Positions 8,642-18,878 of a DNA stretch of 64,000 nucleotides are shown here, piece after piece. Made by a program: the position numbers and the translations under genes. Each line of letters begins with the position of its first letter. Within the stretch, counting starts at the first letter, position 1. The notes under the pieces were generated by a model. The model had not been told where the DNA came from, ran no database searches, and worked only from the letters and a program-made list of their open reading frames with translations. Source of the stretch: Vampirovibrionaceae bacterium NZW_1234 (GTDB lineage Bacteria > Cyanobacteriota > Vampirovibrionia > Vampirovibrionales > JAGQHJ01). Where the stretch lies: positions 32,001-96,000 of the forward strand of contig JBGUGD010000039.1 in the NCBI GenBank assembly GCA_041697335.1, read 5' to 3'.

Positions 8642-10785
8642 ACAACCTCGTCCTGATAAATGTCCTGGGACCAAACCGTTTCCTCGTGGCTGCCCCAATT
8701 AACCAAAACAGCTCCGATAATAGGCAACTGCCCATAACCCAAAGATCCAAGAATCCGTGTCACCTTGCGTCGAGACATAGCCGCATCCACCATTACCACC
8801 AGGCCCTCGATTTTGCCATCCAAATAGAAAAACGAATCCGAGTCCAACATCGCAGGCAACTCCAGAAATACCCAGTCAAACTGCTGCTTCAACGCGGCCA
8901 TCAACTCAGAAAACGCCTCGGTCCGGAACCACTCAGAAGCCTTCAGCATCTCCACCGATACCAAATGCTGAGGCAAGCGGGCATCGAAGTACTGTGAAAC
9001 CCAGGCTTGGGCATCCCAACCCGTCGTTTCGGCACGGGCCTGAGTGAATGCTTTCACCATGTCCAAAAAGGTCTCTGAACTCCGCTCAACAATGGCATCC
9101 GAAACCGTGAGCGTAAAAATCCGCTCACCTCGTTCCTTTAAGAACCGAGCCCAAAGGGGCACGACGGCCAAATTTTGCATCTCCAACTCATGAATTCCGG
9201 CAAAGGCCAGAATACGTTGATCTGCGTATCGAGAGCGCAGCTTGATATTGAGAACCCACTCTCGAAAGGCGGCAGAATGGGCTTCCGTTATCGAAGCATC
9301 CAAAGACGAGGGTGTATGGAGGTTAACTCTCGGAATCACAGCCAAAACGGGGGCTTGGAGCATTCGTGCCACAAACGCCGGGAAAACTTGGTCATCTTGA
9401 CATCGGCTCACAATCAAGATGCCTGCCATGAGTAAAAATGCGCTGATCGTCATCACACCCGACAATACATGAAGGCGGTTGGGAAACACCGGCTCAAATG
9501 GTCGGCTGGGAGCCTCCAAAACTCTAAGACGCCGATGTTCAACAGCTAAAATAGCCGCTTCCGTGTCATGGAATTTCTGATTCAAAACCGCCAACTTCCC
9601 AGCCTGAGCTTGGCGTTCCTCTTCAAGCGCCTTCAGCGTTAACTCTGTCTGACTGAAGTGTTGAACCTGCGTTTTTAACTGGCGAAGCTGGGCTTCCAGA
9701 ATTTGGCTTTGACGCGTTAGGCCTGACATTTCACTCTTGAGCATGACAAACCGTGTCAAGATTTCCTGGCGAGCCTCTTTCCATACTGCCCAATCGGCCG
9801 TCTTCAATCGAGCTTGAAGGCTCGCCAGGTCCACCTTGGGTGGTGGCTCAAACAAACTCACCGACTGGACCTGCTGTTCTGACGGGAGTGGGGGTGTCAA
9901 TAATGGCGAATAGGTCAACGGATAGATTCCCTGAGCAATCTTGGGCTTGGTGGTCACCGGCATACTGAGAAGCCAGGGATGCAACTGATCCAAGTCCTGA
10001 AGGGCCATTTTGGTGGAGTGGCCCAAAGCCTGCCGGGTGTGCTGAAGCTTGGTCTGGGTCAACGCCAATTTAACCTGAACCTGGTTCAACTGCTGATGAA
10101 CACTGGCCATTTCAGAGGCCAGGGCCTTGGCCGTTACCTGCACATCAGTGATATGCTCAGACGCTTTAAACGCCGCAATGGACTGATCCATGGCGGCCAA
10201 TTTATCATAAGATCGGGCCAGCCGATGCTCTAACGCCCCTCGCAATTCGTTTAAAGGCTCCAGAGCCATCGTTTTAACCAGGGTTTCGTAGTGCTTGAGG
10301 TATGCCTCCAACTGTTTTTGAGCTTGCTCCGGTTGCCGAGCTCGTAAAACTACAGAAACAAGGTTGCTCTCCGGCACTTTGTAAACCTGAATTCTATCTT
10401 CCGGCGGTGTCTTCCAGTCAGGATAAATCACTCTAAACAAGCGATTTCCCTTCAAAAGCCGCACCGTCTCTTCTGAAACACTGAGCCCCTTGGCTCGTAA
10501 CACGGGATTAGCCGACTCGGCAAAAACTGTCTTCGATTCGTACCACTCCGGGTAAACACGCCAAATCACAACCCCACTTACCACCAGCACGATGAGTAGC
10601 GAGCAGAACAAAAAGGCCCGGTAGCGGCGGAAGCAATCTTTCAGCCACCATTGTTCCAGTCCCAGAATATAGGCACTACAACGGCCATAATCAGGCAACG
10701 CCATCAAATACCCCTTTGATTGGCCTGCACATACGCGTCCCTGTTTTTCTCTTCTCGTGGACGACGACACTTCACGTCTCGCCAT
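8629..10785 (-). CDS. GumC/Wzc-like polysaccharide co-polymerase with degenerate kinase-like C-terminal domain
   Basis: N-terminal TM, long coiled coil, Pro-rich segment plus second TM (PFEPVFPNRL...), APVLAVIP, FDWVFLELP. No clear Walker A. True start may be downstream. Confidence 0.8.
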   Translation of the reverse strand: MARREVSSSTRREKQGRVCAGQSKGYLMALPDYGRCSAYILGLEQWWLKDCFRRYRAFLFCSLLIVLVVSGVVIWRVYPEWYESKTVFAESANPVLRAKGLSVSEETVRLLKGNRLFRVIYPDWKTPPEDRIQVYKVPESNLVSVVLRARQPEQAQKQLEAYLKHYETLVKTMALEPLNELRGALEHRLARSYDKLAAMDQSIAAFKASEHITDVQVTAKALASEMASVHQQLNQVQVKLALTQTKLQHTRQALGHSTKMALQDLDQLHPWLLSMPVTTKPKIAQGIYPLTYSPLLTPPLPSEQQVQSVSLFEPPPKVDLASLQARLKTADWAVWKEARQEILTRFVMLKSEMSGLTRQSQILEAQLRQLKTQVQHFSQTELTLKALEEERQAQAGKLAVLNQKFHDTEAAILAVEHRRLRVLEAPSRPFEPVFPNRLHVLSGVMTISAFLLMAGILIVSRCQDDQVFPAFVARMLQAPVLAVIPRVNLHTPSSLDASITEAHSAAFREWVLNIKLRSRYADQRILAFAGIHELEMQNLAVVPLWARFLKERGERIFTLTVSDAIVERSSETFLDMVKAFTQARAETTGWDAQAWVSQYFDARLPQHLVSVEMLKASEWFRTEAFSELMAALKQQFDWVFLELPAMLDSDSFFYLDGKIEGLVVMVDAAMSRRKVTRILGSLGYGQLPIIGAVLVNWGSHEETVWSQDIYQDEVVYSS

Positions 10786-11004
10786 AAACTATCCCTATTA
10801 AACGTGCCTGCCCCTCAAGCATCATCCCCTATTCGTTCGACATGACGGCCTAAAGAGAGAGCAGACCTCAAATTTCCTCTATCCGGCCGACAATCCTCTG
10901 GATAGCATCCCCGGTTTTGACAACCCCATGTCCTTCAGCCATAATGCCGCCTGTGGCTCGTTAAGGCCCTGTGTGCAGACAACGAATGAGAGAGGCGCCC
11001 TGCC

Positions 11005-11418
11005 ATGAAAGCCAGTACGCATTACCTGTGGTTTGAAACCCCCAAGCGCAGAGATTACATTCGCATTACCGATGACATTGCCGCCTTTGTCAAAGAGTCC
11101 GGCATTCAGGAAGGCTTTGTCCTGGTGAGCGCCATGCATATTACCGCAGGCGTCTACATTAACGACTGGGAAGACGGATTGATCCACGACATTGACCAAT
11201 GGGTTGAACAAGTTGCCCCAGAAAACCCGGATTATCTGCATCATCGAACCGGAGAGGACAATGGGGATGCCCATTTAAAACGCCTTCTTATTGGCCATCA
11301 GGTGACCATTCCCATTACCAAGGGCAAGTTGGATCTGGGCCCTTGGGAGCAAGTCTTTTATGCCGAATTTGACGGACAGCGACGTAAACGGGTCATTTTA
11401 AAAGCCTTGGGCATCTGA
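11005..11418 (+). CDS. yjbQ: YjbQ/UPF0047 family protein
   Basis: [28 protein letters not shown]. Confidence 0.93.
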   Translation: MKASTHYLWFETPKRRDYIRITDDIAAFVKESGIQEGFVLVSAMHITAGVYINDWEDGLIHDIDQWVEQVAPENPDYLHHRTGEDNGDAHLKRLLIGHQVTIPITKGKLDLGPWEQVFYAEFDGQRRKRVILKALGI

Positions 11419-12329
11419 TGTTAATCTCTGACATAATAAGAACTATGATGCATTCCTCTTCATCACTGCGCCCTTGGCTGTACCTGGCGATTCCCCTTCT
11501 ATTGCTGGGCTTGTTTTTTATCGTGCCCATGGGAATGGCCTTTTACATCAGCATGTTGGATTACGGGCACTCTATTTTTTCACCCGCTTTTATCGGCTTC
11601 AAAAATTACACCGACCTGCTTGCGGCCCCCCGATTCTGGCAAGTTGCCCTGAATACGGCGTTATTTACCCTTGCCGTCGTACCAGCCATGATATTCGTCC
11701 CCATTCTCGTGGCGCTGGTGGTCAATAATCAGCTCAAAGGCATCAGCCTGTTTCGGGCGCTGATTTACCTGCCCGTAGTGGTATCGCTGGTAGTCGCCGG
11801 GATTGCCTGGAAATGGCTGTATGCCTCTGATGGGTTGATCAATTATCTCCTCTCATGCCTCGGCATCCCCAAGATTCAATGGCTGGTGTCACCCGACATT
11901 GCCCTTTATGCCATTGGAATTATGGTGGTTTGGAAAGGGGTTGGCTATTACATGATGATGTATCTGGCCAACCTGCAAAGCATTTCCTCGGAACTGTACG
12001 AGGCTGCTGAGGTCGATGGGGCGACTTTATGGCAAAAGCACTGGCATATTACGGTTCCTCACTTGCGTCCGGCCATGGCCATGGTTGCCATTATCAGCAC
12101 CATCGGCGCTCTGAAAGTGTTTACAGAGATTTATGTGATGACCCGAGGCGGGCCGGTCGGCTCGACAGAAACCTTTGTCTATTACATCTATGACCAGGCC
12201 TTCGGGAATTTGAATTTAGGCACGGCCTCGGCGGCAGGGTTTCTGCTGATGCTGATTGTCTTTGTGCTGTCACTCATCAATATCAAGTACTTCTACCTGA
12301 AGGCTGAAAAGGAGGCCCTCAATGCTTAA
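11418..12329 (+). CDS. Carbohydrate ABC transporter permease (MalF/UgpA-like)
   Basis: GFKNY, ELYEAAEVDGA EAA loop, TRGGP. Confidence 0.93.
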   Translation: MLISDIIRTMMHSSSSLRPWLYLAIPLLLLGLFFIVPMGMAFYISMLDYGHSIFSPAFIGFKNYTDLLAAPRFWQVALNTALFTLAVVPAMIFVPILVALVVNNQLKGISLFRALIYLPVVVSLVVAGIAWKWLYASDGLINYLLSCLGIPKIQWLVSPDIALYAIGIMVVWKGVGYYMMMYLANLQSISSELYEAAEVDGATLWQKHWHITVPHLRPAMAMVAIISTIGALKVFTEIYVMTRGGPVGSTETFVYYIYDQAFGNLNLGTASAAGFLLMLIVFVLSLINIKYFYLKAEKEALNA

Positions 12330-13155
12330 GAGATGGGCCACCTACGGCATGTTGATTCTGCTGGTGCTGGTCTCTATCGGGCCGTTTTTGTGGCTCCTCT
12401 CCACGGCCTTGAAATCGTCGTCGGAAAATATTTTCCAATACCCGCCACAGTTGATTCCAGCCTCACCCACCTTTCAGAATTTTACCGAAGTCTGGCGTGT
12501 GGTGCCGATGGGCCTGTATTTTTTTCACAGCATTGTGGTTACAGGCTTGGCAGTCATTTTAAACCTGGTCTTTAGTGTTCTGGCGGCTTATCCCTTGGCA
12601 CGATTTGATTTTCGAGGCAAAAACAGCATCTTTTTAACTATCCTGGCCACCATGATGATTCCTTTTCAGGTCATTATGATTCCCTTGTACCTGATGGTCC
12701 TAAAGCTCAACCTGGTGGACACGGCAGGTGTTCTGCCTGCTTATATTGGCCTGGTTATTCCTTTTGTTGTGGGGGGCTTTGGCATATTCTTTGTGCGCCA
12801 AGCCCTGGTTAATGTGCCCAAGCAACTCGAAGAATCAGCCATTATGGATGGCTGCAACAGCTTTCAGGTCCTGACCTCGGTAATGCTGCCCCTCATTCGC
12901 CCAACTCTGGCGACTTTGGCGGTCTTTACCTTTATGGCAAACTGGGGCGAATTCCTTTGGCCTAGCATTGTCCTGTCGAAACCTCAGATGTACACCTTGC
13001 CCGTTGGGCTTGTCCATCTACAAGGGGCCTTTAGTGCCAACTGGCGTCTGATTGCAGCGGGTACAATCTTGGCCACGATTCCCGTGGTGGTCTTTTTTCT
13101 GTTACTGCAACGCTATTTCGTCTCGGGAACCTTGTCCGGTTCTATCAAAGGCTAG
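12322..13155 (+). CDS. Carbohydrate ABC transporter permease (MalG/UgpE-like)
   Basis: LEESAIMDG EAA loop, WGEFLWP, LQRYFVSG. Confidence 0.93.
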   Translation: MLKRWATYGMLILLVLVSIGPFLWLLSTALKSSSENIFQYPPQLIPASPTFQNFTEVWRVVPMGLYFFHSIVVTGLAVILNLVFSVLAAYPLARFDFRGKNSIFLTILATMMIPFQVIMIPLYLMVLKLNLVDTAGVLPAYIGLVIPFVVGGFGIFFVRQALVNVPKQLEESAIMDGCNSFQVLTSVMLPLIRPTLATLAVFTFMANWGEFLWPSIVLSKPQMYTLPVGLVHLQGAFSANWRLIAAGTILATIPVVVFFLLLQRYFVSGTLSGSIKG

Positions 13156-14951
13156 CGCCGGCGAGGCCGCTTGCCACGCTTGCGATCGGCTTCTTCCTGG
13201 GTCATCGGCATTTCCAATACCCCAGGATCGATCAAGGGTTTGCCTGGCTCAATGGGCACTAGGGAATAAAAATACCGTTGGCCCAGGGTTTGCATGGCTT
13301 CTTTGGCCGCAACCCCTGTGACGCTGATCAACGTATCTCTGGCAACTTGAATGGGATGCTTGAGGGACTGAGCCTGTTGATTCCCAGCCAGTTTTTTCTG
13401 AAGAAGCTCTTCCAGCTTTTCGTTTAACGTCGCCTGCCATGTCGGCCAAGCCTCGTCAGATTGTGGCATGGCTTTGTTCATCACGTCTGTGGCAAAGGGC
13501 TCGGTCAGTGCCTCGGTCAACTCTCGCCGGAGGGCTTTGAGAGCCGAGGTATGCTCCGGCTTTTCAACAGACAGGTTGGGATGCAAGATAGGCATCAAAA
13601 TCGAGGCCAAACTTTGCAGTTGCGCCTCTGGAATTTTCCGGGCCAGCATCCGTTTCAAGAATGCCCGATTCTCAGCATCTCGTTCCTGGCGGACTTCCAG
13701 TGCCAATTCGGGATCCAGGCAATCGGATTTGCTTTCCCATACTTTGCTGCCATCCCAGCCAAACAGATTCAGCGAAATATCCAGCTTGGGCAAGCCGGTA
13801 TCATCGTGGTAGACAGCGCTACCATGCTGAAACTTTAGAATATCGGTGATTCTCAGAGGCTGAGGCTTAAAAGGCACATGTTTTTCCAGGTAGGGACGGT
13901 TTTCCCTGACAAACCGAGCAATGACAGCGGCCTTTTCCTTGGGCAGCATTTTTTTCTTGGGGAGCTGTCGCTCCACGAACTTGGCCCATTCAACAGGGAT
14001 GCTGTGCTTTTGCAAGTATTTAAACGTATACTTCAAAACATCAACTGTCCCATCCACATCGGCCTGGGCATCATGTTGATTTTCAAAGGGTTTACCCATC
14101 AGAATTTCATAATGATCCGTTAATCGCTTGCTTAACGACACAAAGGGATGCACACGCTGAATGAGAACAAAGGGATCCAGCACCAGCGCTGGCTCTAAAG
14201 GCCTCAAATACCCATACTGCTTTCGATTGGGCGAACGATTCCAGTTATCAATGGCCTTATTGAAGAACTGGGTATCAAACTTGGCGTTATAGGCAACGAC
14301 TAAGCCGGTCTGCTTCATGCGCTCGTTTCGAATATTGTATAAAAACCCATCAATGGTAGGTTTATCAGCCACATCGGCAGCCGTAATGCCATGTACCCGA
14401 GAGGCCGCAGGATTAATCGGAAACATATGCCCAGTGGCATCTCGCCCCGGGTTAACGTAGGTATTGAAGTCCTGGTCGTGATCGACTTTATGATCTTTGT
14501 CTACTTGAGATGAAGCAATCTGGATAATGCGATCATAGTCCTTCAAACCGGTAGTTTCCGTATCAAAAACAGTATAGGGCACCTCACCCAAAGGTTTCCC
14601 GAACTTGACCCATGAAATATCCTGATAATACTCCCCGGAATTCGACAGGTACTTCTGAAGGGTCTGGGCATTCTTGTTGTGATAAGCCATGGCCTTGGCT
14701 GTGGCAAAGGTATGCCATGTCGACAAGGGGCACGCTGTGTTGTATGGGGTGTATTGAATAAATCGACGTTCCTTAGGTGTCTCATCTTTCCTGGAAGCCT
14801 CAGAAGAATGGGCCTCTCCCCAGAAACGCACCATGGGCACTGAGGCTGGGCGTCCTGCTGATTGTACAGCGACCCGAGGTACAACGGGTAAAGCTTGACG
14901 ATAGACATGCATTGAGGTCATGCCGTAGCCTTGAAGTCCAAGCCGCATCAT
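13152..14951 (-). CDS. DEDDh (DnaQ-like) 3'-5' exonuclease with long N- and C-terminal extensions
   Basis: ExoI VFDTETTG, ExoII YNAKFD, ExoIII HDAQAD. Confidence 0.85.
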   Translation of the reverse strand: MMRLGLQGYGMTSMHVYRQALPVVPRVAVQSAGRPASVPMVRFWGEAHSSEASRKDETPKERRFIQYTPYNTACPLSTWHTFATAKAMAYHNKNAQTLQKYLSNSGEYYQDISWVKFGKPLGEVPYTVFDTETTGLKDYDRIIQIASSQVDKDHKVDHDQDFNTYVNPGRDATGHMFPINPAASRVHGITAADVADKPTIDGFLYNIRNERMKQTGLVVAYNAKFDTQFFNKAIDNWNRSPNRKQYGYLRPLEPALVLDPFVLIQRVHPFVSLSKRLTDHYEILMGKPFENQHDAQADVDGTVDVLKYTFKYLQKHSIPVEWAKFVERQLPKKKMLPKEKAAVIARFVRENRPYLEKHVPFKPQPLRITDILKFQHGSAVYHDDTGLPKLDISLNLFGWDGSKVWESKSDCLDPELALEVRQERDAENRAFLKRMLARKIPEAQLQSLASILMPILHPNLSVEKPEHTSALKALRRELTEALTEPFATDVMNKAMPQSDEAWPTWQATLNEKLEELLQKKLAGNQQAQSLKHPIQVARDTLISVTGVAAKEAMQTLGQRYFYSLVPIEPGKPLIDPGVLEMPMTQEEADRKRGKRPRRR

Positions 14952-16603
14952 TTAGTTTCCCCCATAATCTTCTTCACCAGGTCGGCATAAGCAGGATGCT
15001 TATGTGCAGCTTCAAACTCCCCGTAGCCAGGAGGCTGTTGTGGCGGACTGTGGTCCCAGTCCAGCTTGAATTGTTTGAGAAAAGCAGCCGCGATTTTCTT
15101 AGATGGAATAACAACCGCCATATCCCGGTTCCCTCGGGTATAGCGCTGAGTCGGATAATTCGGGTAGTCCTCCCGCATGCCTTGTTCCAGGTTCGTCTCC
15201 AGGCCTCGGGCACTTAAATTGGCCGATCCAATCAAAACTTCATCATCGTTAAAAACCGTCCACTTCGCATGGAGCTTTTCTCCAATGGCTTCCCACTCGT
15301 TATAAAATCGAACCGGTAGGCCTTCTCGCATCAAATCAAAGACAGCTTTACGACTATAGGGGAACTGATCCACCACAGACGAGGAATGGAGCATTTTGAT
15401 ATTCACCCCTTCTCTGAAGCGCTTCACAATCAGCTCTTTGAGTTCCTTATGCGTGGCAATAAACTGCTCGGAGTGAATTGCTTTTAAATCCTCCGACGCC
15501 AATTTCTGTTTAAAGAAGTCCCCAATCCCCTCTTTTCCCTGAAAACCCACTTCCATGTACTCTCTGGGCCGGGTGTTATAGACCTTGAGGGCCGGATCTG
15601 TGACCGGATCGATTTGGGGCAACTCTTGAGTCAGCTCGGACAATTCGATATCCGGGTATTTTCGGTGCTTGGCCATTAGCCAATCCGGATGGAAGGTCTC
15701 GCTCTGAAGGTTGGCCACTTCAGCTCCTTCCAGAGACACACAGGCATCCCAGTTGGCTGCAGAGTGGTTGCTCAGGTTCATTCCGCCCAATAATGCCCGC
15801 TTGCCATCGGATACCAGGAGCTTAACGTGATAAATATGAGCCACTTTGCGAGGGAATTCCAAAACATCAATGGGTAATCCCTGTTCCTCTTTTAGGCGAC
15901 GCAAGTGCTGAATCATCTCATCGTTGGTCATTCGCCTTGGGAAAATGGGGTTGTTAAACTCATCTCGCTCCCGAACGACGCTGTTATCCAGTAGAATTTG
16001 GAACCGAACCCCTTTACGCGCCTTCTCTTCGATTAATTTCAAGATTTGCTGCTGCTTGAGCCAGCCTGGTGACAGATCGGCCCCAGCCACCTCTCGTCCT
16101 CCAGGCACCAGAATATTCTCAAAGTTGTACATGGAAATCTGGGCATACTTCTCCGTCGCCTTCAGAATGCGGATCCACTCATCAAAGATTTGTTCAGACC
16201 CAAACAAAGTGGTCACTTTGGTCTTCACCCGTTTGCCATGATGAAGCCCTGTAAGGGTATCTGAAACTTGTTCGGTAATTTTCTTGTCCGGAGCATCAAC
16301 CGTTAAGTAGGGAAGCGCATGCTGAATATAATCCCCAATATTCATCTGACGCTGTTTGGCGAGATTTACCAATCGCTCTAAAAAGTTTTTCTCAAACACC
16401 ACTTCGACTTTGGAAACCGCTTTTTTGGCCGATTCACCTCTCTTGACCCGACCAAAGGATACCTGGCCCAGAACCACCCGATCGGCCGAAAACAGCCTTG
16501 GCTGAACAACTGTAGTGTTCTGAGGAACTCGCCAGCCGTGATACCGATTATCGTTGTTCGGACGAGATTGAATACCGTGACCTATAAAGCCATTCAGGCG
16601 CAT
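14948..16603 (-). CDS. Phospholipase D superfamily protein with two HKD-type motifs
   Basis: HVKLLVSD...GGMN and HAKWTVFNDD...GSAN. No obvious TM anchor. Confidence 0.88.
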   Translation of the reverse strand: MRLNGFIGHGIQSRPNNDNRYHGWRVPQNTTVVQPRLFSADRVVLGQVSFGRVKRGESAKKAVSKVEVVFEKNFLERLVNLAKQRQMNIGDYIQHALPYLTVDAPDKKITEQVSDTLTGLHHGKRVKTKVTTLFGSEQIFDEWIRILKATEKYAQISMYNFENILVPGGREVAGADLSPGWLKQQQILKLIEEKARKGVRFQILLDNSVVRERDEFNNPIFPRRMTNDEMIQHLRRLKEEQGLPIDVLEFPRKVAHIYHVKLLVSDGKRALLGGMNLSNHSAANWDACVSLEGAEVANLQSETFHPDWLMAKHRKYPDIELSELTQELPQIDPVTDPALKVYNTRPREYMEVGFQGKEGIGDFFKQKLASEDLKAIHSEQFIATHKELKELIVKRFREGVNIKMLHSSSVVDQFPYSRKAVFDLMREGLPVRFYNEWEAIGEKLHAKWTVFNDDEVLIGSANLSARGLETNLEQGMREDYPNYPTQRYTRGNRDMAVVIPSKKIAAAFLKQFKLDWDHSPPQQPPGYGEFEAAHKHPAYADLVKKIMGETK

Positions 16604-16915
16604 TCTTCCCCCTTTGCGTCTCCATTTCTCAATCCTACCGAGCCATTCCTACTTTGGACGACCATATGTCACCCACTCATAAAACGTTGACTGTCTGATT
16701 CGCTGATGCCCAGAGGATATTACATGAGTTTGTCAATTCTATGGCAACCCAATAAAAACAACTTAATTCGTTACGTTTGTTTGTATTGGGCTAACAATCT
16801 TTACCCTCCCTTTATTTAAAACAACCTAAAATAATTAAAACAGACTTATCCCAAACATGTTTTTATATCAAGCTTTACCAACTGAGTCAAGCCTTGACTT
16901 CCAATTGATAAGCAC

Positions 16916-17211
16916 TTCCCTCCGCTTGAGGGAATAAACACAAGCACATCGCTAAAAATACGACTGAGCATTTTAGGTAGCAAACACACAAACCCAACGG
17001 TTTGAATGGATGGGAACATCCAATGCGAAACCGACGTCATTAAAACCAACACCCTTGAACCCCGACCGTGTATCGTCTTTTTCCAGACGGCGAGCCCCCT
17101 GTCGACCACAGGGTATCGCAATTCGGTTTGATTACACTCCAATATCCAATACAAGATGCTCTCTCTTTTCTACCCCGCCCCTTTCTCCTCAGGAACTCCG
17201 GTGGGGTTTTT
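16916..17211 (+). ncRNA. Candidate structured non-coding RNA (unassigned)
   Basis: At least six stems in the PLD-dnaB intergenic region, a GGAA-capped hairpin, a CU-rich tract and a terminator-like hairpin plus T run. Confidence 0.35.
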
Positions 17212-17238
17212 AATTGCAAACGCCCTGTTTGCAATGGT

Positions 17239-18618
17239 CTAGAAAATCTGAGTATTTTTTCCAGCCGGGTTCAAGAACTTGGTAATGCTGTTGCGGAAGA
17301 GCAGGTCGACTTCTCCCACCGGGCCGTTCCGCTGTTTAGCGATAATGACCGTTGCTGTGCCCGGTTTCTCAGACAGTTCTTTGGTATAGTACTCATCCCG
17401 GAACAAAAACATAACTAAATCCGCATCTTGCTCAATGGAACCCGATTCCCGCAAGTCGCTGAGCATGGGTTTTTTATCTTGACGACTTTCCACCGCACGA
17501 GAGAGCTGGGACAAGGCAATAACCGGCGCCTGAAGTTCCCGGGCAATGCCTTTTAACCCACGTGAAATGGCTGAAATCTCTTGTACCCGATCGCCACTGC
17601 CTTTTTTGTTGCCACCGGCTTCCATCAACTGTAAATAGTCAATCACAATCAAGCCCAGGTCTCCCAGCTCCATCTTGAGCTTACGAGCCTTGGCCCGAAG
17701 TTCCATGACGGATACGGCAGGGGTGTCATCAATGTACATCGGCGCATCACCCAGTCGCCCCATAGCCTGGGAGATTTTGGTGAAATCCTGCGGGTGAATA
17801 TCACCGGTACGAATACGCTGAGCATCAACTTCCGCCTCGGAGCACAGCATCCGTTGGACCAACTGTTCTTTTGACATCTCCAAACTGAAGATCAAGGTTG
17901 GGCGTTTCTCATGTAAAGCCACATGGGTTGCAATGTTCAAACAAAATGCGGTTTTCCCCATCGAAGGACGGGCCGCGACAATGATCAGATCCGACTTTTG
18001 GAAGCCCGAGGTCATCAGATCCAAATCATAAAAGCCGCTTGCGACCCCCATCAGGCTATCTTTGTTGTTAAAGCGCTCTTCGATTTGCTCGTAGCTGGTG
18101 GGTAAGATCTCCTTAATGGCCACCAAATCATCGGGCATACCTTGCTGAGCAATATTGAAAATGATTTGTTCAGCTTTATCGATAGCCTGATCCGATTCCA
18201 CATCCTCGTACGCCGTGTATACGATCTCGGTTCCCGCCTGAATCAGAGCCCGTAATATAGCTTTATCACGGATAATCTGGGCATAGTAGGCAACATTCTC
18301 ACTGGTGGCAACAGATAAAGCCAAATCGTTAATATAAGAACGACCGCCCACATCGTCCAGTTGCCCTCGATCCTTCAACAACTCCGATACGGTAACGATA
18401 TCCACGGGCTCATTCTTTTCAAACAACGTAATCACAGCATCAAAGATGAGCCGATGAGCATTGCGATAGAAATCTTTAGGCTTAACCAGTTCCACCACCT
18501 GGAGCAGGGCATCCGGATCAGCCAGCACGCATCCTAAGGTCGCCTGTTCAGCTTCCAGGCTTTGCGGCGGAATCTTTTCAAAAGGGTTTTCAAGCTCTCT
18601 CAGCGTCGAAACCGACAT
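17239..18618 (-). CDS. dnaB: Replicative DNA helicase
   Basis: PPQSLEAEQ, AARPSMGKT, FSLEMS, DYLQLM, LSQLSRAVE, SDLRESGSIEQDAD. Confidence 0.98.
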   Translation of the reverse strand: MSVSTLRELENPFEKIPPQSLEAEQATLGCVLADPDALLQVVELVKPKDFYRNAHRLIFDAVITLFEKNEPVDIVTVSELLKDRGQLDDVGGRSYINDLALSVATSENVAYYAQIIRDKAILRALIQAGTEIVYTAYEDVESDQAIDKAEQIIFNIAQQGMPDDLVAIKEILPTSYEQIEERFNNKDSLMGVASGFYDLDLMTSGFQKSDLIIVAARPSMGKTAFCLNIATHVALHEKRPTLIFSLEMSKEQLVQRMLCSEAEVDAQRIRTGDIHPQDFTKISQAMGRLGDAPMYIDDTPAVSVMELRAKARKLKMELGDLGLIVIDYLQLMEAGGNKKGSGDRVQEISAISRGLKGIARELQAPVIALSQLSRAVESRQDKKPMLSDLRESGSIEQDADLVMFLFRDEYYTKELSEKPGTATVIIAKQRNGPVGEVDLLFRNSITKFLNPAGKNTQIF

Positions 18619-18878
18619 GTGACCTAACTCATCTCACTGGCACAAAAAACTTCGTGTTGATGATCATATAACAAACCAAGGGTTCGCTGACGCCATGCTA
18701 CAGGATGTAACAATGGTAACGTGTCAGATAAAAATACCAACAGGCCCGAACAAAAATACATTTATTCAGCCCCTTTACAAACATACTGTTACAAATCAGG
18801 CGAAGCAGGTTTAAGAATTAGTCTAGTTGTGAATAGTACTCATAACAGTCTTTATCGTTACGAGAGGGTTTATTCGGC

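Noticed and set aside
11418..13155. ABC permeases lacking local ATPase and binding protein
   Set aside because: Dispersed sugar-ABC components sharing an ATPase are common.
17049..17062. CACCCTTGAACC resembling part of enterobacterial 6S RNA
   Set aside because: The match is short and I could not build the 6S rod with central bubble; the region is left as an unassigned ncRNA candidate.
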